The notes under the pieces are model-generated. The model saw only the letters and a program-made list of their open reading frames with translations. It did not search any database and had not been told where the DNA came from. A DNA stretch of 40,290 nt, taken from NCBI GenBank assembly GCA_964561665.1, contig CAZLQA010000001.1, positions 1 through 40,290 on the forward strand, in the 5' to 3' direction. This document shows positions 33,233 through 40,290 of the stretch, one piece after another. Source of the stretch: Candidatus Woesearchaeota archaeon (GTDB taxonomy: Archaea; Nanobdellota; Nanobdellia; Pacearchaeales; GW2011-AR1). How positions within the stretch are numbered: position 1 is the stretch's first letter; each line of letters opens with the position of its first letter. The translations under genes were made by a program, and so were the position numbers.

Positions 33233-33963
33233 CTAAGAAAAAAGTAATTATATGTGATATTGATGGGACACTTGCATACACAGATACAGAAGTAACAGAC
33301 GAAATACTGAACGTTATAAAAAAACTCCAAAAAAAATATCTTTTTGTGACTATGGGGAACGGAACATTCACTCATCTCCATAACCAGTTCGTCAAAAAAT
33401 ATAAAGAAAAAAACGACAAAGAGATTTATGTTTACTCGCTTGGAGGGATGGAATGCTACAAAGTTGCTGATGAAGGGATAATAAAAATTTATTCAAATGA
33501 CCTTTCCGAAGACGAAAAAAGAAAACTTGTAAATACAATAAGCGACTTCATAAGAAAGTATAAAATAACACCGGACACTTATGATCAAATAGAAGACAGG
33601 GGAAGCATGGTTGTATTTTCAATTCTTGGGAGGAAAGCAAATAAGGAGCTTAAATACAACTTTGACCCAGACAGAAAAAAAAGAGAAAAGTTCATAGAAG
33701 AATTCTTTAGCAAAAAGCTTCCGGAATTTGAAATGAAAATCGGAGGGACTACAACTATTGATTTTACAAGAAAAGGTTTTACAAAAGCATTCGGAGTAAA
33801 AAAAATAAAAGAAATGTTTAATCATGATTTCAAAGAAATGATTTACTTTGGAGATAATTTACAGGAAGGCGGAAACGACCATGCCGTAAAGAAACTAATA
33901 GAGGCAGTTGAAGTTAAAAATCCGGAAGATACTTTAATAAAATTAAAAGAATTGCTAAACTAA
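33229..33963 (+). CDS. HAD-superfamily hydrolase (IIB / phosphomannomutase- or Cof-like)
   Basis: It has the MTKKKVIICDIDGTLAYTD (DxDGT) nucleophile motif and a C-terminal FGDNLQEGGNDH motif. The start overlaps the Nop2/Sun stop. Confidence 0.75.
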   Translation: MTKKKVIICDIDGTLAYTDTEVTDEILNVIKKLQKKYLFVTMGNGTFTHLHNQFVKKYKEKNDKEIYVYSLGGMECYKVADEGIIKIYSNDLSEDEKRKLVNTISDFIRKYKITPDTYDQIEDRGSMVVFSILGRKANKELKYNFDPDRKKREKFIEEFFSKKLPEFEMKIGGTTTIDFTRKGFTKAFGVKKIKEMFNHDFKEMIYFGDNLQEGGNDHAVKKLIEAVEVKNPEDTLIKLKELLN

Positions 33964-33973
33964 GGAAAACAGG

Positions 33974-34207
33974 ATGAGAAAAATTTCATTAATCCCGAGG
34001 ATAATGCTGATATTGGCAGGGTTTATTCTCCTTGCGTCCACAATTTTTTGGTATGTTCAAATGATTCTTGCAAAGGATTTGGGGGCGCTTTTTGTGATGA
34101 TTGTCTTTTTTGCATACTCTTTTGCGGGACTGATTATTTTTGCGGTGATTGTTGCAGTTTATTATTTGATTAAATTTATAATGATTAAATTCAGAAGAAG
34201 AAAATGA
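33974..34207 (+). CDS. Small membrane protein (77 aa, 2 TM)
   Basis: Hydrophobic ORF from the track. Its stop overlaps the next ATG (ATGA). Confidence 0.5.
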   Translation: MRKISLIPRIMLILAGFILLASTIFWYVQMILAKDLGALFVMIVFFAYSFAGLIIFAVIVAVYYLIKFIMIKFRRRK

Positions 34208-34632
34208 AAATAGTGATAAATTCGGGATATTTTGACCCATTGCACGTGGGGCATATTGAATGCATGGAGCTCTCAAAAAAGCTTGGGGACAAGCTTATAA
34301 TAATATTAAACAATGATTTTCAATGCAATCTAAAAAAAGGAAAGGCATTCATGCCGCAAAATGAAAGAAAGAAAATCCTGGAAGCATTGAAACATATCGA
34401 TGAAGTCTTTGTTTCAATAGATAAGGACAAAAGCGTTTGTGAATCAATAAAAGTTTTGGCTAAAAAATACAAAGGGAATGAAATAATTTTTGCGAAGGGT
34501 GGAGACAGGTTCTCTTCAGAGATTCCAGAGGCAAAAATCTGCAGAGAATATGGAATAAAAATAGTTGACAGATTGGGAAAGAAAATTCAGTCTTCTTCCA
34601 ACTTAACGGGATTAAAGGGAAAAAATGAATGA
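34204..34632 (+). CDS. Cytidylyltransferase-family nucleotidyltransferase (RibL / RfaE-domain-II-like)
   Basis: It has GYFDPLHVGHIE ((H/T)xGH motif), is 142 aa long and ends with a ..SSSNL.. ISxT-like motif. Confidence 0.75.
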   Translation: MKIVINSGYFDPLHVGHIECMELSKKLGDKLIIILNNDFQCNLKKGKAFMPQNERKKILEALKHIDEVFVSIDKDKSVCESIKVLAKKYKGNEIIFAKGGDRFSSEIPEAKICREYGIKIVDRLGKKIQSSSNLTGLKGKNE

Positions 34633-35113
34633 AAAATTTATTCCCTTGAAGATTCTTAATGAAAAAGGGAAAAAAGAAATCCTGAAAGGATTAAATGAAC
34701 AGTTCGGAGTGTTATCAATTCCAGGCGAGATTTTCACAAAAGGCAGGGAAAAGCTTTTTCTTTTCACGGGAAATTTCTCCATAGACATGATAAAAAAAAT
34801 AGAGGAAATTACGGTGGTGGAAAGAATAGGAATATACCTTGCAAAAATTGACGAATCCACGGGAAAATTAAGGCTGAGCATCGAGGGTTCGCAGATTCTC
34901 GGAAGCCAAATCGCAAAAAATATCTTTGAGATATCAAGTGAAGCACAGGCTGAAGAATGGATGAAGGGGCGTGAATTGAATATAAAGTCGGGAAAAAAGG
35001 ATTTTCTGATTATGAAGTACAATGATGACTTTCTCGGGACGGGAAAGGCATCGGAGGAAAAAATAAGCAATTTCATTCCAAAGAACCGGAGGCTGAGGGA
35101 AAAAAGCATTTGA
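34625..35113 (+). CDS. Putative PUA/Nip7-like RNA-binding protein
   Basis: The C-terminal DFLIMKYNDDFLGTGKASEEKISNFIPKNRRLRE resembles the PUA-type end of Nip7/UPF0113-like proteins. This assignment is from memory of the family pattern only. Confidence 0.5.
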   Translation: MNEKFIPLKILNEKGKKEILKGLNEQFGVLSIPGEIFTKGREKLFLFTGNFSIDMIKKIEEITVVERIGIYLAKIDESTGKLRLSIEGSQILGSQIAKNIFEISSEAQAEEWMKGRELNIKSGKKDFLIMKYNDDFLGTGKASEEKISNFIPKNRRLREKSI

Positions 35114-35158
35114 TAGATTTACAAACAAACTTAAAAACCGATTTTTTCTCCTTAAAAA

Positions 35159-36043
35159 ATGAAACTTAACAAACAAAAAATCCTCGAGGCGGGAAAAATT
35201 CTCTCTCAGGTAAGGGATTATGCAAAAAAAATAGCAAAGAAAGGAGTTCTATTGGTTGAAATCGCGGACAAAATGGAAGAGAAAATGGCTGAATTGGGAG
35301 GCAAGCCGGCATTTCCAACTTGCCTGAGCATAAATGAAATTGCCGCCCATTACACCCCAAGCCATGACGACAAAGAAACGGCAAAGGGACTGCTGAAAAT
35401 TGATTTTGGCGTTCATGTGGACGGATGGATTGCGGACTCGGCTTTTTCAATTGATTTTGAAAACAGCGAAGAAAACAGGAAGCTGATAAAAGCATCGGAG
35501 GATTCCCTTGAAAGCGCGATTAAAACAATAAGGGAAAGCGTAAAAATAAGGGAAGTGGGAAAAGCGATAAATGAAAAAATCTCTTCATATGGATTCTCGC
35601 CGATAATAAACCTCTTCGGGCACAGTGTGGAACACTGGGCTTTGCATGCAGGAATCTCGATACCCAATTTTGACAACGGAGACAACGAAAAAATAAAAAA
35701 CGGGCTGTATGCGATAGAGCCTTTCGCAACTTCAGGAAACGGAAAAGTTTATGACGGAAAGCCCTCCGGAATTTACATTATCTCGGAGGAAAAGAACGTA
35801 AGAAGCCAGACAGCGAGGGAAGTTCTTCAGTTCATAAAAAAAGAATACAAAACACTTCCTTTCTGCTCGAGATGGATTGTAAAGCATCTTGGAGCAAAAG
35901 CGATGATAGGAATGAAACAGCTTGAAGAAAACGGGAACATATACTCTTATCCCTCTCTTGTCGAGTCTTCAAGAAAAAACGTCGCCCAGTCAGAGCACAC
36001 AATGATTGTCGAGGGAAACAATGTTATTGTAACGACGAGATAA
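35159..36043 (+). CDS. map: Methionine aminopeptidase, type 2 (archaeal)
   Basis: The 294-aa protein has AAHYTP, DFGVHVDGWIADSAF, GHSV and the EHT metal ligands. Confidence 0.9.
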   Translation: MKLNKQKILEAGKILSQVRDYAKKIAKKGVLLVEIADKMEEKMAELGGKPAFPTCLSINEIAAHYTPSHDDKETAKGLLKIDFGVHVDGWIADSAFSIDFENSEENRKLIKASEDSLESAIKTIRESVKIREVGKAINEKISSYGFSPIINLFGHSVEHWALHAGISIPNFDNGDNEKIKNGLYAIEPFATSGNGKVYDGKPSGIYIISEEKNVRSQTAREVLQFIKKEYKTLPFCSRWIVKHLGAKAMIGMKQLEENGNIYSYPSLVESSRKNVAQSEHTMIVEGNNVIVTTR

Positions 36044-36052
36044 TTAAATCTT

Positions 36053-36358
36053 CTAACCCTGTTTATGATTATACCCACACTCAAATAACTCATTGCATTC
36101 TCTTCCTAAAAAAGGCTTATGATTTGGGCAAACTCCGTGGCTAAGCCTTGGAAGCCCGTTTATATTTGGTACTTCATAAGCCCTAACCAATAAATCATAA
36201 GCTTTAGGATTTTCACTTCTGTTAAACCAGTAAGGCTCGCCTAACCCTTCCGTTAATCTTATCCCGTTAGGAGAATACATACAAAGGCAGAGTCTCTTTG
36301 AAAGGTCCGAACCTTTAGCTAAAGTTTGTTTCAAAGAATCTTCAACATTTTTTTCCAT
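36053..36358 (-). CDS. Hypothetical Cys/His-containing protein (101 aa)
   Basis: ORF from the track, with its own A/T box (atatttataaat) in the 65-nt spacer after cdc48. I recognise no family. Confidence 0.45.
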   Translation of the reverse strand: MEKNVEDSLKQTLAKGSDLSKRLCLCMYSPNGIRLTEGLGEPYWFNRSENPKAYDLLVRAYEVPNINGLPRLSHGVCPNHKPFLGRECNELFECGYNHKQG

Positions 36359-36423
36359 AAAGACACCACAAAAAGAATATTTATAAATCTTTCTAATATG
36401 TAACTACTTCAAAATAGTGATAT

Positions 36424-38724
36424 TTACCCTAGATAGCTATTTCCTGTTGGAAGTGCCGCCTTTGTGGATTTAAGGAAATTATCCTCTATCTTCTTGTAAA
36501 CTTCTATTGTCGGCTTGCTTACACTTGGCTTTATCTTTTTCAAGGCTTCCTCAAAATGCTTTTTCTTTACCTGCTTTGATTCCATGTCTTCTCTCAAAGA
36601 AAGCATTGCAGCCTCTCTTGTCAAAGCCTCCAAATCAGCACCAGTGTATCCCTGTGTTTTTTTGGCTAAATCACTCAGGCTAACATCTTTTGTAATAGGC
36701 ATTTTTTTCGTGTGAATCTTCAAAACCTGCAGTCTTCCCTCTTCTTCAGGCGCATTGACTAAAAGTATCTTATCAAATCTTCCCGGCCTCAAAAGCGCAG
36801 GGTCAAGCATATCAGGCCTGTTTGTGGCTCCTATAATCATGACATTTTTCAAGTCTTCCAATCCATCCATCTCTGCCAAAAGCTGATTCAAAACTCTTTC
36901 AGTGACTCTTGTTCCTGCGTCCGCCCCTCTCCTTCCTGCAAGAGCGTCAATTTCATCAAAGAAAACTATGCACGGCGCAACTTGTCTGGCTCTCTCAAAA
37001 ATCTTTCTCATGCCCTCTTCTGATTTTCCGACCCACATGCTCAGAAGACTTGGGCCCTTCACCTGTATGAAATTCGCCCCAGACTCTTTTGCAGCAGCCT
37101 TTGCGAGAAGCGTTTTTCCCGTTCCCGGAGGTCCATAAAGAAGGACCCCTTTTGGAGGTTTTATTCCCATTCTCTCAAAACTCTCTGCATGATTCATAGG
37201 CCATTCTATCACTTCCCTAAGCTCCTGCTTTACACTGTCAATTCCTCCGACATCACCCCAATCCACGTTAGGCGTTTCAACAAGAACCTCGCGCATTGCC
37301 GAGGGACGGACATTTCTCAGGGCATCCGTGAAATCACTTTTTTTTACAATAAGCTTCTCAAGAATCTCAATAGGAATCTGCTCTTCCTTGTCAAGATTCA
37401 TCTCGGGAAGATATTTTCTAAGGACATTCATTGCAGCTTCCTTTGTCAAAGCCTCCAAGTCCGCCCCAACGAATCCGTGGGTGACGTCCGCAATCTCTTT
37501 CAGGTTGACATCTTTTGCAAGAGGCATTCCCCTCGTGTGGATTTTAAGAATGGAAATTCTCCCCTCCTTGTCGGGAACATTGATTGCAATTTCCCTGTCA
37601 AATCTCCCGGGTCTTCTCAACGCAGGGTCAAGCGAATTTACCCTGTTTGTGGCTCCGATAACAATTACCTTTCCTCTTGACTTCATCCCGTCCATCATCG
37701 TCAGAATCTGCGAAACAACACGCCTTTCAACTTCGCCCATGGTTTCCTCCCTCTTCGGAGCGATTGCGTCAATTTCGTCTATGAAAACTATTGTCGGCGC
37801 CGTTTTCTCCGCCTCGTCAAAAATGTCCCTTATTTTTTTCTCGGATTCCCCGTAATATTTTGACATGATTTCAGGCCCGTTAAGAAGTATGAAATTCGCG
37901 TCGGATTCATTTGCAACCGCTTTCGCCAAAAGCGTTTTTCCAGTTCCAGGAGGGCCATAAAGAAGAACTCCTTTTGGCGCCTTTATTCCAAGCTTGTCAA
38001 AAATCTCCGGATGCTTCAGGGGAATCTCAACCATTTCCCTTATTTTTTTTATTTCTTCCCTCAATCCTCCGATGTCTTCATAGTTAATCTCGGGAATTTT
38101 CTCGTCGGTTATTTCCACTGCCTTTGGATTCAGAGTAACCTCCGTGTTCTCGGTTATTATCACGGGCTGGTTTGGCGAGGAGCTTACGACAAGGAATTTT
38201 ATCTGCGCAATCGCGCCTCCAAGATTTCCTATGCCCATGCCAAAAAAGTCCCCGAATATGTCATTCAGTTCCCCAAACTCCTCGGACATCAATTCCTTTC
38301 TTCTCTGGACGCCTCCGAGAACAACAACGTCTCCTTTTGTTACGGCTCTTCCAAGCAATCCTCTTTTAAGATTGTCGGGGTCTCCCTGCACCATAACATT
38401 TTTCTGCGCGGGGGCTATCATGATTTTTTTGGCTTCCTTCATTTCCGTCTTTGAAATTGAAACAACATCTCCTATTCCCGCCTTCGCATTCCTTCTTATA
38501 ATTCCGTCAATCCTTATTATTCCCTCTCCAACATCCGCAGGATACGCCCTGTCCGCAATCGCGACGGTTTCCCTTCCGCCTTTTATCATAATCACGTCCC
38601 CCCTTCTTATTCCGATGTCCTTCATAACCTCGTAATCCATTCTTGCAATTCCTTTATGGACATCGTCCTGCAACGCCTCCATTACCTTAAGCTGTACTTT
38701 TTTTTCCGCCATTTTAGTAATCAC
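36424..38724 (-). CDS. cdc48: CDC48/VCP-like AAA+ ATPase (two AAA domains)
   Basis: It has an N-domain (..[24 protein letters not shown]), two Walker A motifs ([13 protein letters not shown] twice), two Walker B motifs (IVFIDEIDA / IVFFDEIDA) and SRH regions. Confidence 0.95.
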   Translation of the reverse strand: MITKMAEKKVQLKVMEALQDDVHKGIARMDYEVMKDIGIRRGDVIMIKGGRETVAIADRAYPADVGEGIIRIDGIIRRNAKAGIGDVVSISKTEMKEAKKIMIAPAQKNVMVQGDPDNLKRGLLGRAVTKGDVVVLGGVQRRKELMSEEFGELNDIFGDFFGMGIGNLGGAIAQIKFLVVSSSPNQPVIITENTEVTLNPKAVEITDEKIPEINYEDIGGLREEIKKIREMVEIPLKHPEIFDKLGIKAPKGVLLYGPPGTGKTLLAKAVANESDANFILLNGPEIMSKYYGESEKKIRDIFDEAEKTAPTIVFIDEIDAIAPKREETMGEVERRVVSQILTMMDGMKSRGKVIVIGATNRVNSLDPALRRPGRFDREIAINVPDKEGRISILKIHTRGMPLAKDVNLKEIADVTHGFVGADLEALTKEAAMNVLRKYLPEMNLDKEEQIPIEILEKLIVKKSDFTDALRNVRPSAMREVLVETPNVDWGDVGGIDSVKQELREVIEWPMNHAESFERMGIKPPKGVLLYGPPGTGKTLLAKAAAKESGANFIQVKGPSLLSMWVGKSEEGMRKIFERARQVAPCIVFFDEIDALAGRRGADAGTRVTERVLNQLLAEMDGLEDLKNVMIIGATNRPDMLDPALLRPGRFDKILLVNAPEEEGRLQVLKIHTKKMPITKDVSLSDLAKKTQGYTGADLEALTREAAMLSLREDMESKQVKKKHFEEALKKIKPSVSKPTIEVYKKIEDNFLKSTKAALPTGNSYLG

Positions 38725-38947
38725 CCCTATTTCTGTCTAATTTACCTGCTAACTCCATTGTTTGTTCAACATTTCCTCTATAACACGCAGGGTGTGCCGG
38801 AAATACACCATCAATAAGAAAAAGATAATTTTCTATATTGTCTCTTGTCAGTCCTTCTATAGGTTCATTGCATGAAACACAAAACACCAAATTTTTTCTT
38901 TTTAATTTCGATATTCTCCCAGCCAAATCAATTATTTTTTCAGTCAT
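38714..38947 (-). CDS. Hypothetical small Cys-containing protein (77 aa)
   Basis: ORF from the track. It overlaps the upstream gene by 4 nt (ATGA) and the cdc48 start by 11 nt. It carries CVSC ... HPAC. Confidence 0.45.
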   Translation of the reverse strand: MTEKIIDLAGRISKLKRKNLVFCVSCNEPIEGLTRDNIENYLFLIDGVFPAHPACYRGNVEQTMELAGKLDRNRGDY

Positions 38948-39444
38948 TTTTCCTCCCTGCTTTTGTATATTTTGCTTTGATTCCTCTCAGGATGCGCCGA
39001 GTCATAAAATTGCCTTGAATGAAACACCGGCTTGTTGTTCTTCACAACCCTTATTTCTTTTGCCTTTATTATTCTTGCGCTTTTTTTGTCTCCTTCATTC
39101 CCAAAATTCAGCGAGAGCCTTCCCATTTCCTCGAAGCAAAGGTTCACCATCTTGTCAAATTCATTGAAGGTTTTTTTCTGCCCGTCCATGAAAGAAACAA
39201 TCTCTTTTGGAATTGACACGGCATAGCTGTTTCCCACGAGCCTCATTTTCACGCTGAAATGCTTGTTCTTTAGATTGATGAATTTGTTGTAATTTTCAAT
39301 GTCCAGAGGATGCAGAATTTTTTCGTTGCATTTTTTGCACATCATGGCCCTGAGCAAAAATCCGTCTTTCAGAATGTTCGCCTTATGCATTTCATTATTG
39401 CATTTCCCGCACAAAATCCTGTTGTCAAATATATCATGTGTCAT
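38944..39444 (-). CDS. Zinc-ribbon plus AbrB/SpoVT-like DNA-binding protein
   Basis: CGKCN..17 aa..CKKCN forms a zinc ribbon. It is followed by KMRLVGNSYAVSIPKEIVSFM, a typical AbrB/MazE swapped-hairpin motif. Confidence 0.6.
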   Translation of the reverse strand: MTHDIFDNRILCGKCNNEMHKANILKDGFLLRAMMCKKCNEKILHPLDIENYNKFINLKNKHFSVKMRLVGNSYAVSIPKEIVSFMDGQKKTFNEFDKMVNLCFEEMGRLSLNFGNEGDKKSARIIKAKEIRVVKNNKPVFHSRQFYDSAHPERNQSKIYKSREEK

Positions 39445-39462
39445 TTTATCAGGTGAAAGGAA

Positions 39463-39493
39463 GTGTATAAAATATACACTCTTTAGTATACAC
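39463..39493. promoter_or_regulatory. Palindromic candidate operator between the A/T box and the start of the zinc-ribbon/AbrB gene
   Basis: GTGTATA-aaa-TATACAC is a perfect palindrome at 39463-39479, with a third half-site GTATACAC at 39486-39493. An A/T-rich tttataaatat box lies at about 39508-39518. Confidence 0.4.
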
Positions 39494-39645
39494 AGAATAA
39501 TGTATATTTATAAATATTTCTATTTTGTGCTTTGCATCGAATAAACTAAATCATCAAAAAGATGAAACAGCATTTCCACTCATTTTGCCAATAAAAGAAT
39601 CTGAGAAAAAACTTTCAAAATATTAGATGCATAAATTTTCAAGAA

Positions 39646-39801
39646 TTAATCCCTGTCTTCAATGTTCCTAAGGATTCCACCCATTTCCCTTGTAACATGC
39701 TTCATGGCTTCCTCGCCCGAAGCGTTCTTGTTTTTTTCCATGTAGCTTATTGCAGAAGTCGCGCCCGCAATCACTGCCCTTTTCATCTCTTCTTTTGACA
39801 T
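39646..39801 (-). CDS. Small 51-aa ORF (MSKEEMKRAVIAGATSAISYMEKNKNASGEEAMKHVTREMGGILRNIEDRD)
   Basis: My own translation; the ORF is below the track cutoff. Its composition is non-biased and helical-looking. I cannot assign a family. Confidence 0.4.
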   Translation of the reverse strand: MSKEEMKRAVIAGATSAISYMEKNKNASGEEAMKHVTREMGGILRNIEDRD

Positions 39802-39868
39802 GGAACTTTTTGTCCATTATAATTTAAAAACATTTGTATCTTTTTCAGGATATAACAGGATTTGTTTT

Positions 39869-40063
39869 AACAAGCAGTTTCTTTTTGAAATGTCTCGCCT
39901 CTCGGCTTCGCAATTAATGAAAGAATTAACTAACTAAAAACCAACTTGTCTTGTACTAACATTTAAAGGAAAGGTTAAGCGAAGGAAACCTTGGTGTCCT
40001 CGCTATGCGAACGAAGTGAGCATTTTTCAACAATCAAAAATAAGTATTTTCTAAACAGGACTG
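39869..40063 (+). repeat. Dispersed mosaic repeat, copy G (both ends present)
   Basis: The left end is aacaagcagtttctttttgaaatg. It also carries ctcggcttcgcaattaatgaaagaattaactaac, the core tatgcgaacgaagtgagca, and the right end aaaaataagtattttctaaacaggactg. The right end reverse-complemented (cagtcctgtttagaaaat) resembles the left end (cagtttctttttgaaatg). Confidence 0.8.
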
Positions 40064-40106
40064 ACGCAACAAATCACTTTAAAAATCCTTTTCGCTTTTT
40101 CATTTT

Positions 40107-40290
40107 ATGAAACTAAAAGAGGCATGGAGAAAGTTCTGGTTTATGGTATGGAAGGACGACTCGCTAAAAGGATGGCTATTCTCAATAGTTTTCTTATTTG
40201 TTTTCATAAAGTTCATCTTTTTCCCTTTTCTAAGCCTGCTTACGGGAACGGCGCTTCCACTTGCAATTGTGGAATCGTGCAGTATGTATC
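40107..40290 (+). CDS. Signal peptidase I (S26 family), 3' end runs off the window
   Basis: An N-terminal TM anchor is followed by ..PLAIVESCSMYP-type box B with the catalytic Ser (SM motif). The window ends at ..ESCSMY. Confidence 0.6.
   Translation, partial: MKLKEAWRKFWFMVWKDDSLKGWLFSIVFLFVFIKFIFFPFLSLLTGTALPLAIVESCSMY

Overview
This is an AT-rich (about one-third G+C by eye), very gene-dense archaeal window. The archaeal assignment rests on RFC small and large subunits, family-B DNA polymerase, FEN-1, CDC48, diphthine synthase, archaeal-type D-aminoacyl-tRNA deacylase, eL41 and uS10. The compact style, with many tiny membrane ORFs and ATGA-overlapping genes, would fit a DPANN-like reduced genome, but that is inference. 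Most of the window is housekeeping: argS, ileS, serS, pyrE-pyrF, rfcS-rfcL, fen1, polB, map, cdc48, tRNA-Ser(GGA), tRNA-Asp(GUC), transporters (CstA, Kef/CPA2, ZIP) and three SAM methyltransferases. Five things are not ordinary. (1) A mosaic, MITE-like dispersed repeat family fills most of the long intergenic spacers, with at least 9 clear copies in both orientations, one 53-bp tandem array and imperfect inverted termini. (2) Sequences that look homologous to this family sit inside three different methyltransferase genes (Mtq2/HemK-like, Trm5-like, Nop2/Sun-like). Each is an in-frame insertion of 40-50 codons at a loop position, reminiscent of Rickettsia palindromic elements. (3) A HerA/DUF87-type ATPase is interrupted by a single in-frame TGA. 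(4) Next to it lies a tight five-gene operon: a lipoprotein, a tail-anchored protein and three tandem paralogous small proteins with a shared LP-x-T-x-T-E-x-x-LL-G-LGA motif and no function I can recognise. (5) There is a 24-bp duplicate of the tRNA-Ser 3' end, a structured GC-rich spacer or ORF between rfcS and rfcL, and two apparent frameshifts in small or repetitive membrane-protein genes. All alignments were made by eye. Repeat boundaries are approximate (about +/-10 bp).
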